NCBI GenBank assembly: GCA_963751345.1
Contig: CAVVUS010000014.1
Coordinates: 212,601 to 276,600 of the forward strand
From: an uncultured Chloroflexia bacterium
GTDB taxonomy: Bacteria > Chloroflexota > Anaerolineae > B4-G1 > SLSP01
Direction: 5' to 3'
Length of the DNA stretch: 64,000 nt
The notes under the pieces were generated by a model. It was not told the DNA's origin. It made no database searches and saw only the letters and a program-made list of their open reading frames with translations. Made by a program: the position numbers and the translations under genes. Of this stretch, positions 37,967 through 46,660 are shown one piece after another. How positions within the stretch are numbered: the stretch's first letter is position 1; each line of letters opens with the position of its first letter.

Positions 37967-38024
37967 CGCATGCCTCCTGTGTGTGGGGATGCAATGAGTA
38001 TAACGGGTTAGCGGTGACCTGAGG

Positions 38025-38052
38025 TTAAGCAGGACTTAAGCGAAGTTTAAGG
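38025..38052 (-). promoter_or_regulatory. three TTAAG(C/G) direct repeats at 11-bp spacing upstream of the 37966 operon
   Basis: On the plus strand, TTAAGC lies at 38025, TTAAGC at 38036 and TTAAGG at 38047. A TATACT -10 candidate (minus strand) lies at 38002-37997, and no good -35 is present. Confidence 0.35.
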
Positions 38053-38239
38053 GGAGGTTATGTCGCGGAATCCTGATCCCATGCGCCGTTTTGTGACTCA
38101 CGTAAATCTCCAGAGCGTGCTGGGGCAGCACATCCCGCACGCTCTGGAGAAGATCACTGTCACTGTCGTAGGGCATGATCTTGCCCTCACTTCCGATCAA
38201 CTACCCGCTATTTTCCTCGCTCGCTCCCTCAGTGACTTG

Positions 38240-39205
38240 TTAGTTCACCGAGTTGCCCACCGGGGGCAGGAGCTCGGGCGGCGTGGGTGTTGCCGGCTGT
38301 GCCTCCAATTGCTGCTCAACCTTACGCGCACCCTCACGCCAGCGCAGCCAGAGGCTGAACAGACCGGCCGCACCGATAAAAGCCTGAGCGATGAATATGT
38401 CCAGGCCGGAGGCAACATAGTTGGACAGCAGCCCGGGAAGCCCATCCCACAGACCATGCAGGGCTACGACCCAAAGATAGGCGCCGATCACCTTCAGGTT
38501 GATCCGGAAGTGCCCCTCCCTGCTCTCGCGAAACAGCACTGCAGCCAATATCGCGGTCCACGTACCGTGGCCCAAGGGCGAGAGAAAGCCACGGAGAAGG
38601 GTCACGCCCACCGTCGCCGACAGGCTTCCCTGGCTGCTCAGGAACGCCGTGAAGGCGTAACCGGTGCTCTCAAGCGCGGCAAACCCCATCCCTGCAGCGG
38701 CGCCCAATATGAGGCCGTCGATTTCCGAGTCATGACCTCGACGGCGGGCGACGATCAAGACGCCCAGGATCTTCACGAACTCCTCGATGAAGCCGATGAC
38801 GAAGGCGGTGACGAAGTCCAGACGACGGACGAAAAGCGGCTCCAGGATTGAGGCAGCAATGACGCCCAACACACCGCCATAGACCATAGCCATGGCCGTG
38901 GTTGGCATCGTTAGTTTGCTGTAGTGGCGGTGCTCGTAAAAGAAGGCCACGTAGGTGATAGGCACCAAGAAGTTTCCTACCATGACCACCGTCGGAAACA
39001 GATTCGGGTTGCCGGTGAGAACAAGGGCGGCCAGGCCCAGGAAGTAGAACACAATGCCGAGCACCAAGACCTTCCACCATGACCAGGAAGGCTTTTTCTT
39101 GTCTTTTGCCGATTTGCCCACTCCCGCAGGCGCTGCTGTTCCGACGGGCGTACCTGTTCCGACAGGCGTACCCGTTCCGACGGGCGTTAGTTCGCTTTCA
39201 GCCAT
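38240..39205 (-). CDS. prsW: PrsW-family intramembrane protease
   Basis: 321 aa, multi-TM. It has the signature IEEFVK and HGLWD motifs. The N-terminal tail carries TPVGTG repeats. Confidence 0.8.
   Translation of the reverse strand: MAESELTPVGTGTPVGTGTPVGTAAPAGVGKSAKDKKKPSWSWWKVLVLGIVFYFLGLAALVLTGNPNLFPTVVMVGNFLVPITYVAFFYEHRHYSKLTMPTTAMAMVYGGVLGVIAASILEPLFVRRLDFVTAFVIGFIEEFVKILGVLIVARRRGHDSEIDGLILGAAAGMGFAALESTGYAFTAFLSSQGSLSATVGVTLLRGFLSPLGHGTWTAILAAVLFRESREGHFRINLKVIGAYLWVVALHGLWDGLPGLLSNYVASGLDIFIAQAFIGAAGLFSLWLRWREGARKVEQQLEAQPATPTPPELLPPVGNSVN
39138..39191 (-). repeat. 18-bp tandem repeat (3 copies) in the prsW 5' region
   Basis: The copies are GTTCCGACGGGCGTACCT, GTTCCGACAGGCGTACCC and GTTCCGACGGGCGTTAGT. 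They encode TPVGTG repeats. Confidence 0.9.
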
Positions 39206-39433
39206 CGTTCATCCTCCTCTGGACAAGACTTTCTTGCGGCAAAGCTCTCGAAGATGAGACATTCCACACTTTGGTCCGGAGCTACCGACCGAAAACAAAA
39301 GTGCCTTCTCATCAGAATACCACATGAACGATAGACACTCTATTCGGAGTCGGGTTGGATTTGGTTTGCCACGGTTGGGATAGTTGGAGATAGACAGGGC
39401 TTCCTCAATGCGATGCCGAGGATCGGCGATGGC

Positions 39434-39480
39434 AACAAAAAGGGCGGCGCCACCCCTGATTACTGTAGGGTGGCGCCGCC
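39434..39480 (-). terminator. rho-independent terminator downstream of rny
   Basis: Minus strand reads GGCGGCGCCACCC-(12 nt)-GGGTGGCGCCGCC followed by CTTTTTGTTGCC. Confidence 0.8.
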
Positions 39481-39513
39481 ACAGGCAGCGTAACGTTTGA
39501 TCGTTCCGACGGT

Positions 39514-41044
39514 TTACTTGGCGTATTCGACCGCGCGGGTCTCCCGGATCACGGTCACCTTGATCTGACCGGGATACTCCATCGTCTCCTCGATCTTGTG
39601 CGCTACTTCACGCGACAGCTTGAGCGATGCCAGATCGTCGATCTCACCGGGGCGGACGATAATCCGAATCTCGCGCCCGGCCTGAATCGCGTAGGACTCC
39701 TCCACACCATCGAAGGAGCGCGCAATCTCCTCAAGACCCCGAATGCGCTTGATGTAGTGCTCCAGGCTCTCCCGACGGGCACCCGGGCGCGCGCCGGAGA
39801 TCGCATCCGCGGCCTCAACCAGAACGGACTCGAGCGACTGCTGCTCGACCTCGTGGTGGTGCGACTCAATGCAGTTGATCACTGCCTTGGGGACCCCGTA
39901 GCGGCGGGCCAACTCGGCCCCGATCGTCGCGTGCGTGCCCTCAATCTCGAAATCGACCGCCTTGCCGATGTCGTGGAGCAACCCACCCATCCGCGCGATC
40001 TCGGGATTGCCTCCTACCTCGGCAGCTAACAAGCTGGACAGCTTGGCGACCTCGACAGCGTGTCCCAGTTGGTTCTGGCCATAGCTGGTTCTGAAGTATA
40101 GCCGACCCAGCAGCTTCATCAGCTCCGGATGCAGGTTCGGGACCTCAGCCTCGTAGACGGCCCGGTCAGCCTGCTCCTTCATGATCTGGTCCACTTCCTT
40201 GGTCGCCTTCTCCAGCACCTTCTCGATGCGGGCCGGGTGGATTCGCCCGTCCGCGACCAGGTAGTGCATGGCCCGTCGCCGCGATCTCCCTGCGAATAGG
40301 ATTGAATGATGAGATCGTGATCAACTCCGGCGTGTCATCGACGATGACATCCACGGCAGCCTTCTGCTCGAAGACACGGATATTGCGCCCACCACGACCA
40401 ATGATACGCCCCTTGAGTTCATCGTTGGGGATTTCGAGCGTCTTGGTGGTCAGCTCGGCAACCTGCTCCGAAGCGAGTCGCTGGATCGATGTGGTGATGA
40501 TGTCGCGCGCTCGTTCGTCCGACTCCTGCCGCGCCCGCATCTCCTCCTCGCGCATCACCCGCGCCATATCCTGGCGTGTTTCCTGCGCGACCTGATCCAG
40601 GAGTACATTCCGGGCATCCTCAACCGTGAGATTTGCGATGCGCTGCAACTCCTCCAGGCGCTGCTCTTCCACCTTCTGCAGATCGTTGTGGCGCTTATCA
40701 AGTGCGCTCTGGCGCTTACTCAACTGCTGCTCACGCTGATCGACGCGTTCCTGTCGGGTGTCCAGCTGCTCACGGCGCTTCTGTAAGCGATCTTCCTCAC
40801 GCCGTAACTGCTGATTCCGTGCATCGAGCTCGGCCTCCATCTCTTGCCGAGTCTTGAGGGTCTCATCCCTCGCGTTAAGCACGATGTCCCGAGCCTGTTT
40901 CTCTGCTTCCTCAAGCAAGCGGGCCCGCATCGCCTCCAGATTACCGAGCTCTTGCTGGAAACGCTGCTGGCGGACGAAGTATCCTGCTGCTCCGCCGGCG
41001 GCCAGTCCGATGATTAGTGCAATGACACCAATAAGCCACTCCAT
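39514..41044 (-). CDS. rny: ribonuclease Y, reading frame interrupted by one extra nucleotide near 40276-40282
   Basis: ORF 40166..41044 supplies the TM anchor, coiled coil and KH domain ([15 protein letters not shown]). ORF 39514..40269 supplies the HD domain (GLLHDIGKA). Removing one G from ATCGCGGCGACGG gives ...[28 protein letters not shown]..., the canonical RNase Y junction. Confidence 0.85.
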
Positions 41045-41690
41045 TCAGTCCTCCTCGCTGTTTTCATCATGTAATTGGGGGAAGTCTTGAGTAGCCAGCG
41101 TATCCTGGATAAGGTCATAGGAGAATCCGCGACGGGCCAGTCGACCAACGAGGCGACGTCGGAACTCGTCGGGCGGCTAAGTTGCTCAAGCGCCGTGCCT
41201 GTTCCTGCGCCACTTTTGTGATAGCAGCGACCTCGTCGTAGTCTTCAAGGGCAACCTCTATCGCATCCGAAGCGATGCCCTTCTGGCCCAACTCATATCT
41301 TAGCATCCTACTTCCCCGAGGGCGGAAACTAGCCCGGTTGTCGCGCCAATAGCGGGCGAAAGCTTCATCGTCAACCAGCCCAACGCGCTTCAAACGGACG
41401 ATCACTTCTTCGATAACGTTCTCCGAAGAACCCTTATCTGCCAGGTACTCCCGCAACTCAGCTTCGCTGCGCGGTCGGTATGTGAGATAGTCCAACGCTC
41501 TGCTGTGGGCTTTCTCGATCACGTCGGCCACGTCAAGCTCGGCGATGACCTCATCGGATAACCACGAACCCACCTTCAGATGCGCGGCAACAGAAACCGC
41601 CAAGCCAAAAGCAAACTCACCATCCAGGTAGACATTCACCCGGTCCTTGGAACGTTTCTGAGGCTCCAGCGCCGTGATTCTTCCGGCCAT
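41045..41690 (-). CDS. recX: recombination regulator RecX, frame interrupted by one extra nucleotide near 41170-41177
   Basis: The N-terminal part comes from ORF 41115..41750 (MAGRITALEPQKRSKDRVNVYLDGEFAF...). After GCCGCC(C)GAC the alternative frame reads DEFRRRLVGRLARRGFSYDLIQDTL...EED*, the canonical RecX C-terminus. That frame stops at TGA 41047-41045, immediately before the rny ATG. Confidence 0.75.
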
Positions 41691-41740
41691 ACCTATCCTA
41701 ACGGCTGAACGTCGAAACATGTGGACGTGAGCACGTCTAC

Positions 41741-41780
41741 AGAAACACAAAAACGGCTATGGCAGACTTACCATAGCCGT
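41741..41780 (-). terminator. intrinsic terminator on the minus strand with no annotated gene upstream of it
   Basis: Minus strand reads ACGGCTATGG-taagtctg-CCATAGCCGT followed by TTTTTGTGTTTCT. Confidence 0.65.
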
Positions 41781-41909
41781 TGAGCACGCGGGCCGCCCCC
41801 GCCCTGAAAGGCAAACCTGGCTAAGACATACGAATGTCGTCGGAGACATCCATGCCGCTCGGGTCACAAATCTTCCTACGAGCGACCGCCTCCGAAAACA
41901 CTCCCCTCG

Positions 41910-41973
41910 AAAACGTTCAAACACCTCGACGTTCTAACGTCAAAACGCTTGAACGTCCGAACGTCTCAACGTT
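41910..41973. repeat. 8-bp-periodic CGT/AACGT array (8 registers)
   Basis: The units are AAAACGTT CAAACACC TCGACGTT CTAACGTC AAAACGCT TGAACGTC CGAACGTC TCAACGTT. The CGT/CGC triplet falls exactly every 8 bp at 41914 (41922 is degenerate), 41930, 41938, 41946, 41954, 41962 and 41970. Confidence 0.85.
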
Positions 41974-42297
41974 CCCTGTCAGAGCCATCCACATTCCAGA
42001 CTGAACCATGGGCGTTCCCACAGCTTGCGATTTCCACAACAGCTAGACTCGTCTACCACACGGATCCAGTCCCGACTTCGATGTCCCGGTGCACAGGCCG
42101 CGAACTCAGGCACATACCCTGTTCACACGCAAACACTTTACAGCGGTAAAGTCACCAAAACATCGTGACGCGTCGGGTTGCTCCATCACCTCATCCGCAT
42201 TCTATCTATTCTACACTAGTCTTGGATAAAAGGAAGACCCGCACGCAACACGCGCGCGGCGACCTGCCGCACTCCGCATGAGGTGCGTCGCGTCGTC

Positions 42298-42325
42298 TTG
42301 CCAATATCGACGATCTGGGTATAAT
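42298..42325 (+). promoter_or_regulatory. sigma70-like promoter for tRNA-Thr (TTGCCA-N16-TATAAT)
   Basis: TTGCCA lies at 42298-42303 and TATAAT at 42320-42325, 13 nt before the tRNA 5' end. Confidence 0.6.
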
Positions 42326-42338
42326 GTTCGGGCTAAGC

Positions 42339-42411
42339 GCCACCCTAGCTCAATCGGCAGAGCAGACGCTTCGTAAGCGCCAGGTTCTGGGTTCAATTCC
42401 CAGGGGTGGCT
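42339..42411 (+). tRNA. tRNA-Thr (anticodon CGT)
   Basis: I folded the cloverleaf by hand. The acceptor is GCCACCC/GGGTGGC, the D arm GCTC-AATCGGC-GAGC, and the anticodon arm GACGC-TTCGTAA-GCGCC (one A-C mismatch). The variable loop is AGGTT and the T arm CTGGG-TTCAATT-CCCAG. The discriminator is T and CCA is not encoded. Confidence 0.85.
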
Positions 42412-42414
42412 CTA

Positions 42415-42443
42415 AAGCCCCGGCAGCATTCGGGGCTTTTTTC
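42415..42443 (+). terminator. rho-independent terminator after tRNA-Thr
   Basis: AAGCCCCG-gcagcatt-CGGGGCTT followed by TTTTC. Confidence 0.8.
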
Positions 42444-42465
42444 TTATAGGGGAATCGTGCAACCA

Positions 42466-43479
42466 ATGCGGATCAGGCGGCTGGCGAACCAGCTATGGGG
42501 AGGGTTGGGTGACCAAAGGCTTGCCCTTCTGGCCCTGGTCCTCCTGTCAATCACCCAGATTGCCGCCTTCATCCTTCCCCAGATCCCCGTCTCGTCGGAC
42601 CAGAGCGTGCTGTTCAATCGCTGGCTGGCCGAGTTTCGTCCACGATTGGGCGAGGCCGCCCGCCCCCTCGCAGCGTTGGGCCTTCTGACAATCCGTGCTT
42701 CATACCTTCTCCGGGCGATCCTGGCGTTTTTCGGCCTGCTCGTCGCGGCCAACTTGGACCGGCTGCGTGAGATCCGGCGCGCTCGGACCCCGATGCCCAG
42801 GCAGATCGGGCGAATCTTGATCTGCATAGGTGGCCTGCTGATCATCGGTGGTTGGGCGGGCCAAATGAGTGCGGGTTGGCGCGACCCGGAGGTCATCGCG
42901 TGGCCCGGCGCGGAGATCGCCGTTCCGGACCACAATCTGTCGCTCCCGCAACCCTCCGGCCCGCTCGGTGTTTGGCGCGGGGGCTATGGCTACTATGTCA
43001 TCTCCCGAGGCCAACGCATCGGGCTCGAGATCCAGGCCGCCGACGATGCAGGCGACAGCCTCCCGCTCCTACCGGCGGTGGGCGAAGCCCCACAGCCAAG
43101 CTTGCGGCTGGCTTTCACGACGGCAGAGCCCGAGGCATTCTTCGCCATTCAGGAAGCCGGCCTGATCTTTCGGCTGAACCAGATTGCTGACAACATCCAG
43201 GTGCAAGCGTACCGCAGCGCCAGCGGTGAGTTACTCACCGAAGTTCAGCTCGACGGCAACGCGACATCCACGCTGCAGCTTGACGGGACCAAAGTGACCA
43301 TCGTCCAGACCCTTCTCCCACGCTATGAAGTGATCTATAATCCAGGTGCCGCTCTTGAGGGCAGTGGGATGGTGCTCTTCGCCGTGGGCGCGGTGCTTGG
43401 TACATTGCACAGCGCTCGGCGGCACGTGAGACGAAGCTTGCTGGACGAAGCGTCAGAGCAGCACGAGACGACGGGGTAG
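42466..43479 (+). CDS. membrane protein, weakly ResB/Ccs1-like (hypothetical)
   Basis: ORF 42406..43479 begins inside the tRNA terminator, so I start it at ATG 42466 (MRIRRLANQLWGGLGDQRLALLALVLLSITQIAAFILPQ). The N-terminal topology resembles cytochrome c biogenesis ResB, but I see no diagnostic motif. Confidence 0.4.
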   Translation: MRIRRLANQLWGGLGDQRLALLALVLLSITQIAAFILPQIPVSSDQSVLFNRWLAEFRPRLGEAARPLAALGLLTIRASYLLRAILAFFGLLVAANLDRLREIRRARTPMPRQIGRILICIGGLLIIGGWAGQMSAGWRDPEVIAWPGAEIAVPDHNLSLPQPSGPLGVWRGGYGYYVISRGQRIGLEIQAADDAGDSLPLLPAVGEAPQPSLRLAFTTAEPEAFFAIQEAGLIFRLNQIADNIQVQAYRSASGELLTEVQLDGNATSTLQLDGTKVTIVQTLLPRYEVIYNPGAALEGSGMVLFAVGAVLGTLHSARRHVRRSLLDEASEQHETTG

Positions 43480-43494
43480 GGAGTCAGAGCCGGC

Positions 43495-44113
<619 letters not shown>

Positions 44114-44212
44114 GTGCCGCTTCGAGGGCGCGCCGATGTATGCAGTGGGGACTGACCATTACCTGATCCGAGGCTACAGCGAGACCCATCACAGCCCCTC
44201 GCAGGTCTAGCT

Positions 44213-45658
44213 ATGCAGGAGAGCCTGGCCAAACGTGCCATCTCCTCGACGCTCTGGCAGAGCAGCGCCAGCCTCATCACTACCGCCATTGTCTTTGTGC
44301 GCTCGGTTCTCCTCGCTCGCTGGGTACCCGTCGAAGCATTCGGCATCTATGGGTATGCGGGCGCTATCATCGGCTTCAGCTCGATCCTCGCGGATTTCGG
44401 CATGGGTGCGGCCTTCATCCACCAGACCCAGGAAACGGAAGACGAATCTGAGGCTGCCGCCAACTATCTCGCCGTCAAGGCCATCTTGGCCATCGTTTGG
44501 GCAGCCCTGGTCATCGCCTGCAGTCGGATCTTCATCGCGCCACAATACCGCCCGGCCCTGGTTATCCTGACCCTGATCCAAGCTGGGACGAGCCTCACGG
44601 CTGTTCCACGGCTGATTCTGCAGCGGCGTGTTGTTCACAGGCGGCTCTCGCTGCTCAGTACTCTGGATATCGTCGTAGGCAGCGCCGCCGCTCTGAGTCT
44701 TGCGCTGCTAAGGCAGCCTCTCTGGGCGTTGATGGTCACAAACCTCGCCGGGCTCGTCGTTAACGTCATCGGGCTGTACGTTTGGCGTCCCGTCTGGCGC
44801 CCGAAATTACGCTGGTCCCCACCCGTCGTGCGCTATCTATTGGGATTTGGTGCCCGCAGTTTTGTGGCAGGTCTGCTCGCCCGAGCTTTGGATCAACTGG
44901 ATGACATCTGGACGGGGAGCGTGCTTGGCAGTGTGGCCGTTGGCTTCTATAGTAAGGCTTATTCCTTTGCCACCTACCCCAGGAAGGTCGTCGCGGCTCC
45001 CCTCATAGCGGTGTCGACCGGGAGTTATGCTGCTCTCAAGGGCGACCGGCAGCGGCTGTCCGAAGCCTTCTTCCGTGTGAATGCAGCGCTGGTGAGATCA
45101 AGCTTTCTGTTCGGTGGGCTGTTGGCGCTAATCGCCCCGGAGTTCATCCGCATCCTCTTAGGTGCCCAATGGCTACCCATGTTGAATGCTTACCGCCTCA
45201 TGCTGGTCTTTACGTTACTCGATCCGATCAAGGTCACGATTGCCAATCTTTTCACCGCGGTTGGCAAACCCGAGCACGTGATCACGGCACGGGTTGTACA
45301 ATTGCTGGTCCTGGTCGTTGGTCTCGCTGCGCTGGGCCCCCGGTTTGGTATCGCGGGCGTAGCCATCGCAGTTGACGTGATGCTCTTCATCGGTATAGTA
45401 CTCTTGCTTTGGCGGGCACGGGCATACGTCGACTTCTCTCCTGTCCGCCTCTTCGGCATCCCCACCGTGGCACTGGCGCTCGGCATGGCGGTCGCCCGTG
45501 GGACACTGGCCCTCCCGGGGATCCTGGGCTCTGACTGGCGCACGGCAGGTGTAAAGATCTGTGCTTATGGTGTCGTCTACGCCGGCATGTTGCTGCTTAT
45601 GGAGCGCCACGAGACAGCAAGAATGGTGAGGTGGACAGTCGCCACGCTGCGGTCCTAA
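44213..45658 (+). CDS. polysaccharide biosynthesis protein, MOP/Wzx-type flippase
   Basis: 481 aa with about 12-14 TM segments. The N-terminus SSTLWQSSASLITTAIVFVRSVLLARWV is typical of Wzx-like proteins. Confidence 0.75.
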   Translation: MQESLAKRAISSTLWQSSASLITTAIVFVRSVLLARWVPVEAFGIYGYAGAIIGFSSILADFGMGAAFIHQTQETEDESEAAANYLAVKAILAIVWAALVIACSRIFIAPQYRPALVILTLIQAGTSLTAVPRLILQRRVVHRRLSLLSTLDIVVGSAAALSLALLRQPLWALMVTNLAGLVVNVIGLYVWRPVWRPKLRWSPPVVRYLLGFGARSFVAGLLARALDQLDDIWTGSVLGSVAVGFYSKAYSFATYPRKVVAAPLIAVSTGSYAALKGDRQRLSEAFFRVNAALVRSSFLFGGLLALIAPEFIRILLGAQWLPMLNAYRLMLVFTLLDPIKVTIANLFTAVGKPEHVITARVVQLLVLVVGLAALGPRFGIAGVAIAVDVMLFIGIVLLLWRARAYVDFSPVRLFGIPTVALALGMAVARGTLALPGILGSDWRTAGVKICAYGVVYAGMLLLMERHETARMVRWTVATLRS

Positions 45659-45677
45659 CGACCGGCAACGAAAAGGC

Positions 45678-45705
45678 TTTGCTCTGCAATCATTCCTGGT
45701 AGAAT
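45678..45705 (+). promoter_or_regulatory. promoter candidate with an extended -10 (TTTGCT-N16-TAGAAT, preceded by TGG)
   Basis: TTTGCT lies at 45678-45683 and CTGGTAGAAT ends at 45705. The same CTGGTAGAAT string recurs at 60093-60102. Confidence 0.45.
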
Positions 45706-45773
45706 CCGGCTAATGCAGGATCTGAAGTAGGAGAGACCGCGGTTCGGACATTGAGGATCATCGTAAGAACCCT

Positions 45774-46619
45774 ATGACAACGACGGTGGAACAGCTTGAC
45801 CTGCCGGTCACCATCATCAAGCCCAAACGAGGCTGGATCTCACTCGACTTGCGTGAGCTGTGGGAATATCGCGAATTGCTCTTCTTCCTCTCGTGGCGCG
45901 ACATCAAGGTACGATATACGCAGACCGCCTTAGGGATCGCGTGGGCGATTCTCCAGCCCGTTTTCACGATGGTGATATTCAGTGTCTTCTTGGGCCGGCT
46001 GGCGAAGATCCCCTCCGAGAACATTCCGTATCCCATCTTTAGCTTTGCTGCTCTCGTGCCCTGGCAGTTCTTCGCCAATGGACTGAGCGCCTCGGCGGAC
46101 AGCCTGGTGGCTAGCGCCAATCTCCTGAAAAAAGTCTATTTCCCGCGGCTCGTGATTCCCATTTCAGCCGTGCTCTCGGGTGCACTGGACTTTGCCATCG
46201 CCTTTGTTGTACTACTCGGGATGATGCTGGCCTACGGCATTGTGCCAACCTGGAACGTTCTGTGGCTTCCACTGCTGATATTGCTGGCACTGGTGACGTC
46301 GTTAGGCGTGGGACTATGGCTAACCGCGATGAACGTGCAATTTCGCGATGTCCGCTATGCCATCCCCTTTCTGGTTCAAGCCTGGATGTATGCCTCGCCC
46401 ATCGTTTATCCCAGCACCATCTTGAGTGAGCCCTGGCGGACCGTCTACGGTATCAACCCCATGGTCGGTGTCGTCGAAGGCTTCCGTTGGGCGCTGCTGG
46501 GCACAGACACGGCGCCCGGCCCGATGGTCCTGGTCTCGTCGCTGGTCGCGATTGCACTTCTGTTCAGCGGTGCTTACTACTTCCGGAGAATGGAGAAGAG
46601 CTTCGCGGATGTGGTCTGA
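45774..46619 (+). CDS. wzm: ABC-2 type polysaccharide/teichoic-acid exporter permease (Wzm/TagG-like)
   Basis: 281 aa with six TM segments. The N-terminal LWEYRELLFFLSWRDIKVRYTQTALGIAWAILQP is the classic ABC-2 permease motif. Confidence 0.88.
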   Translation: MTTTVEQLDLPVTIIKPKRGWISLDLRELWEYRELLFFLSWRDIKVRYTQTALGIAWAILQPVFTMVIFSVFLGRLAKIPSENIPYPIFSFAALVPWQFFANGLSASADSLVASANLLKKVYFPRLVIPISAVLSGALDFAIAFVVLLGMMLAYGIVPTWNVLWLPLLILLALVTSLGVGLWLTAMNVQFRDVRYAIPFLVQAWMYASPIVYPSTILSEPWRTVYGINPMVGVVEGFRWALLGTDTAPGPMVLVSSLVAIALLFSGAYYFRRMEKSFADVV

Positions 46620-46660
46620 ACGCTTACACATGCCAACCTTGAGGCGTTGAAACGAGCATA

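Noticed and set aside
40270-40290. Programmed ribosomal frameshifting or transcriptional slippage in rny, udk and recX.
   Set aside because: There is no slippery heptamer or long homopolymer at the sites, and no downstream stimulatory structure. The same kind of break affects about 10 unrelated genes in this half of the window.
42211-42396. 61-aa ORF on the minus strand.
   Set aside because: It is antisense to tRNA-Thr, and the ..PIELG.. peptide is the usual artefact of translating a tRNA complement.
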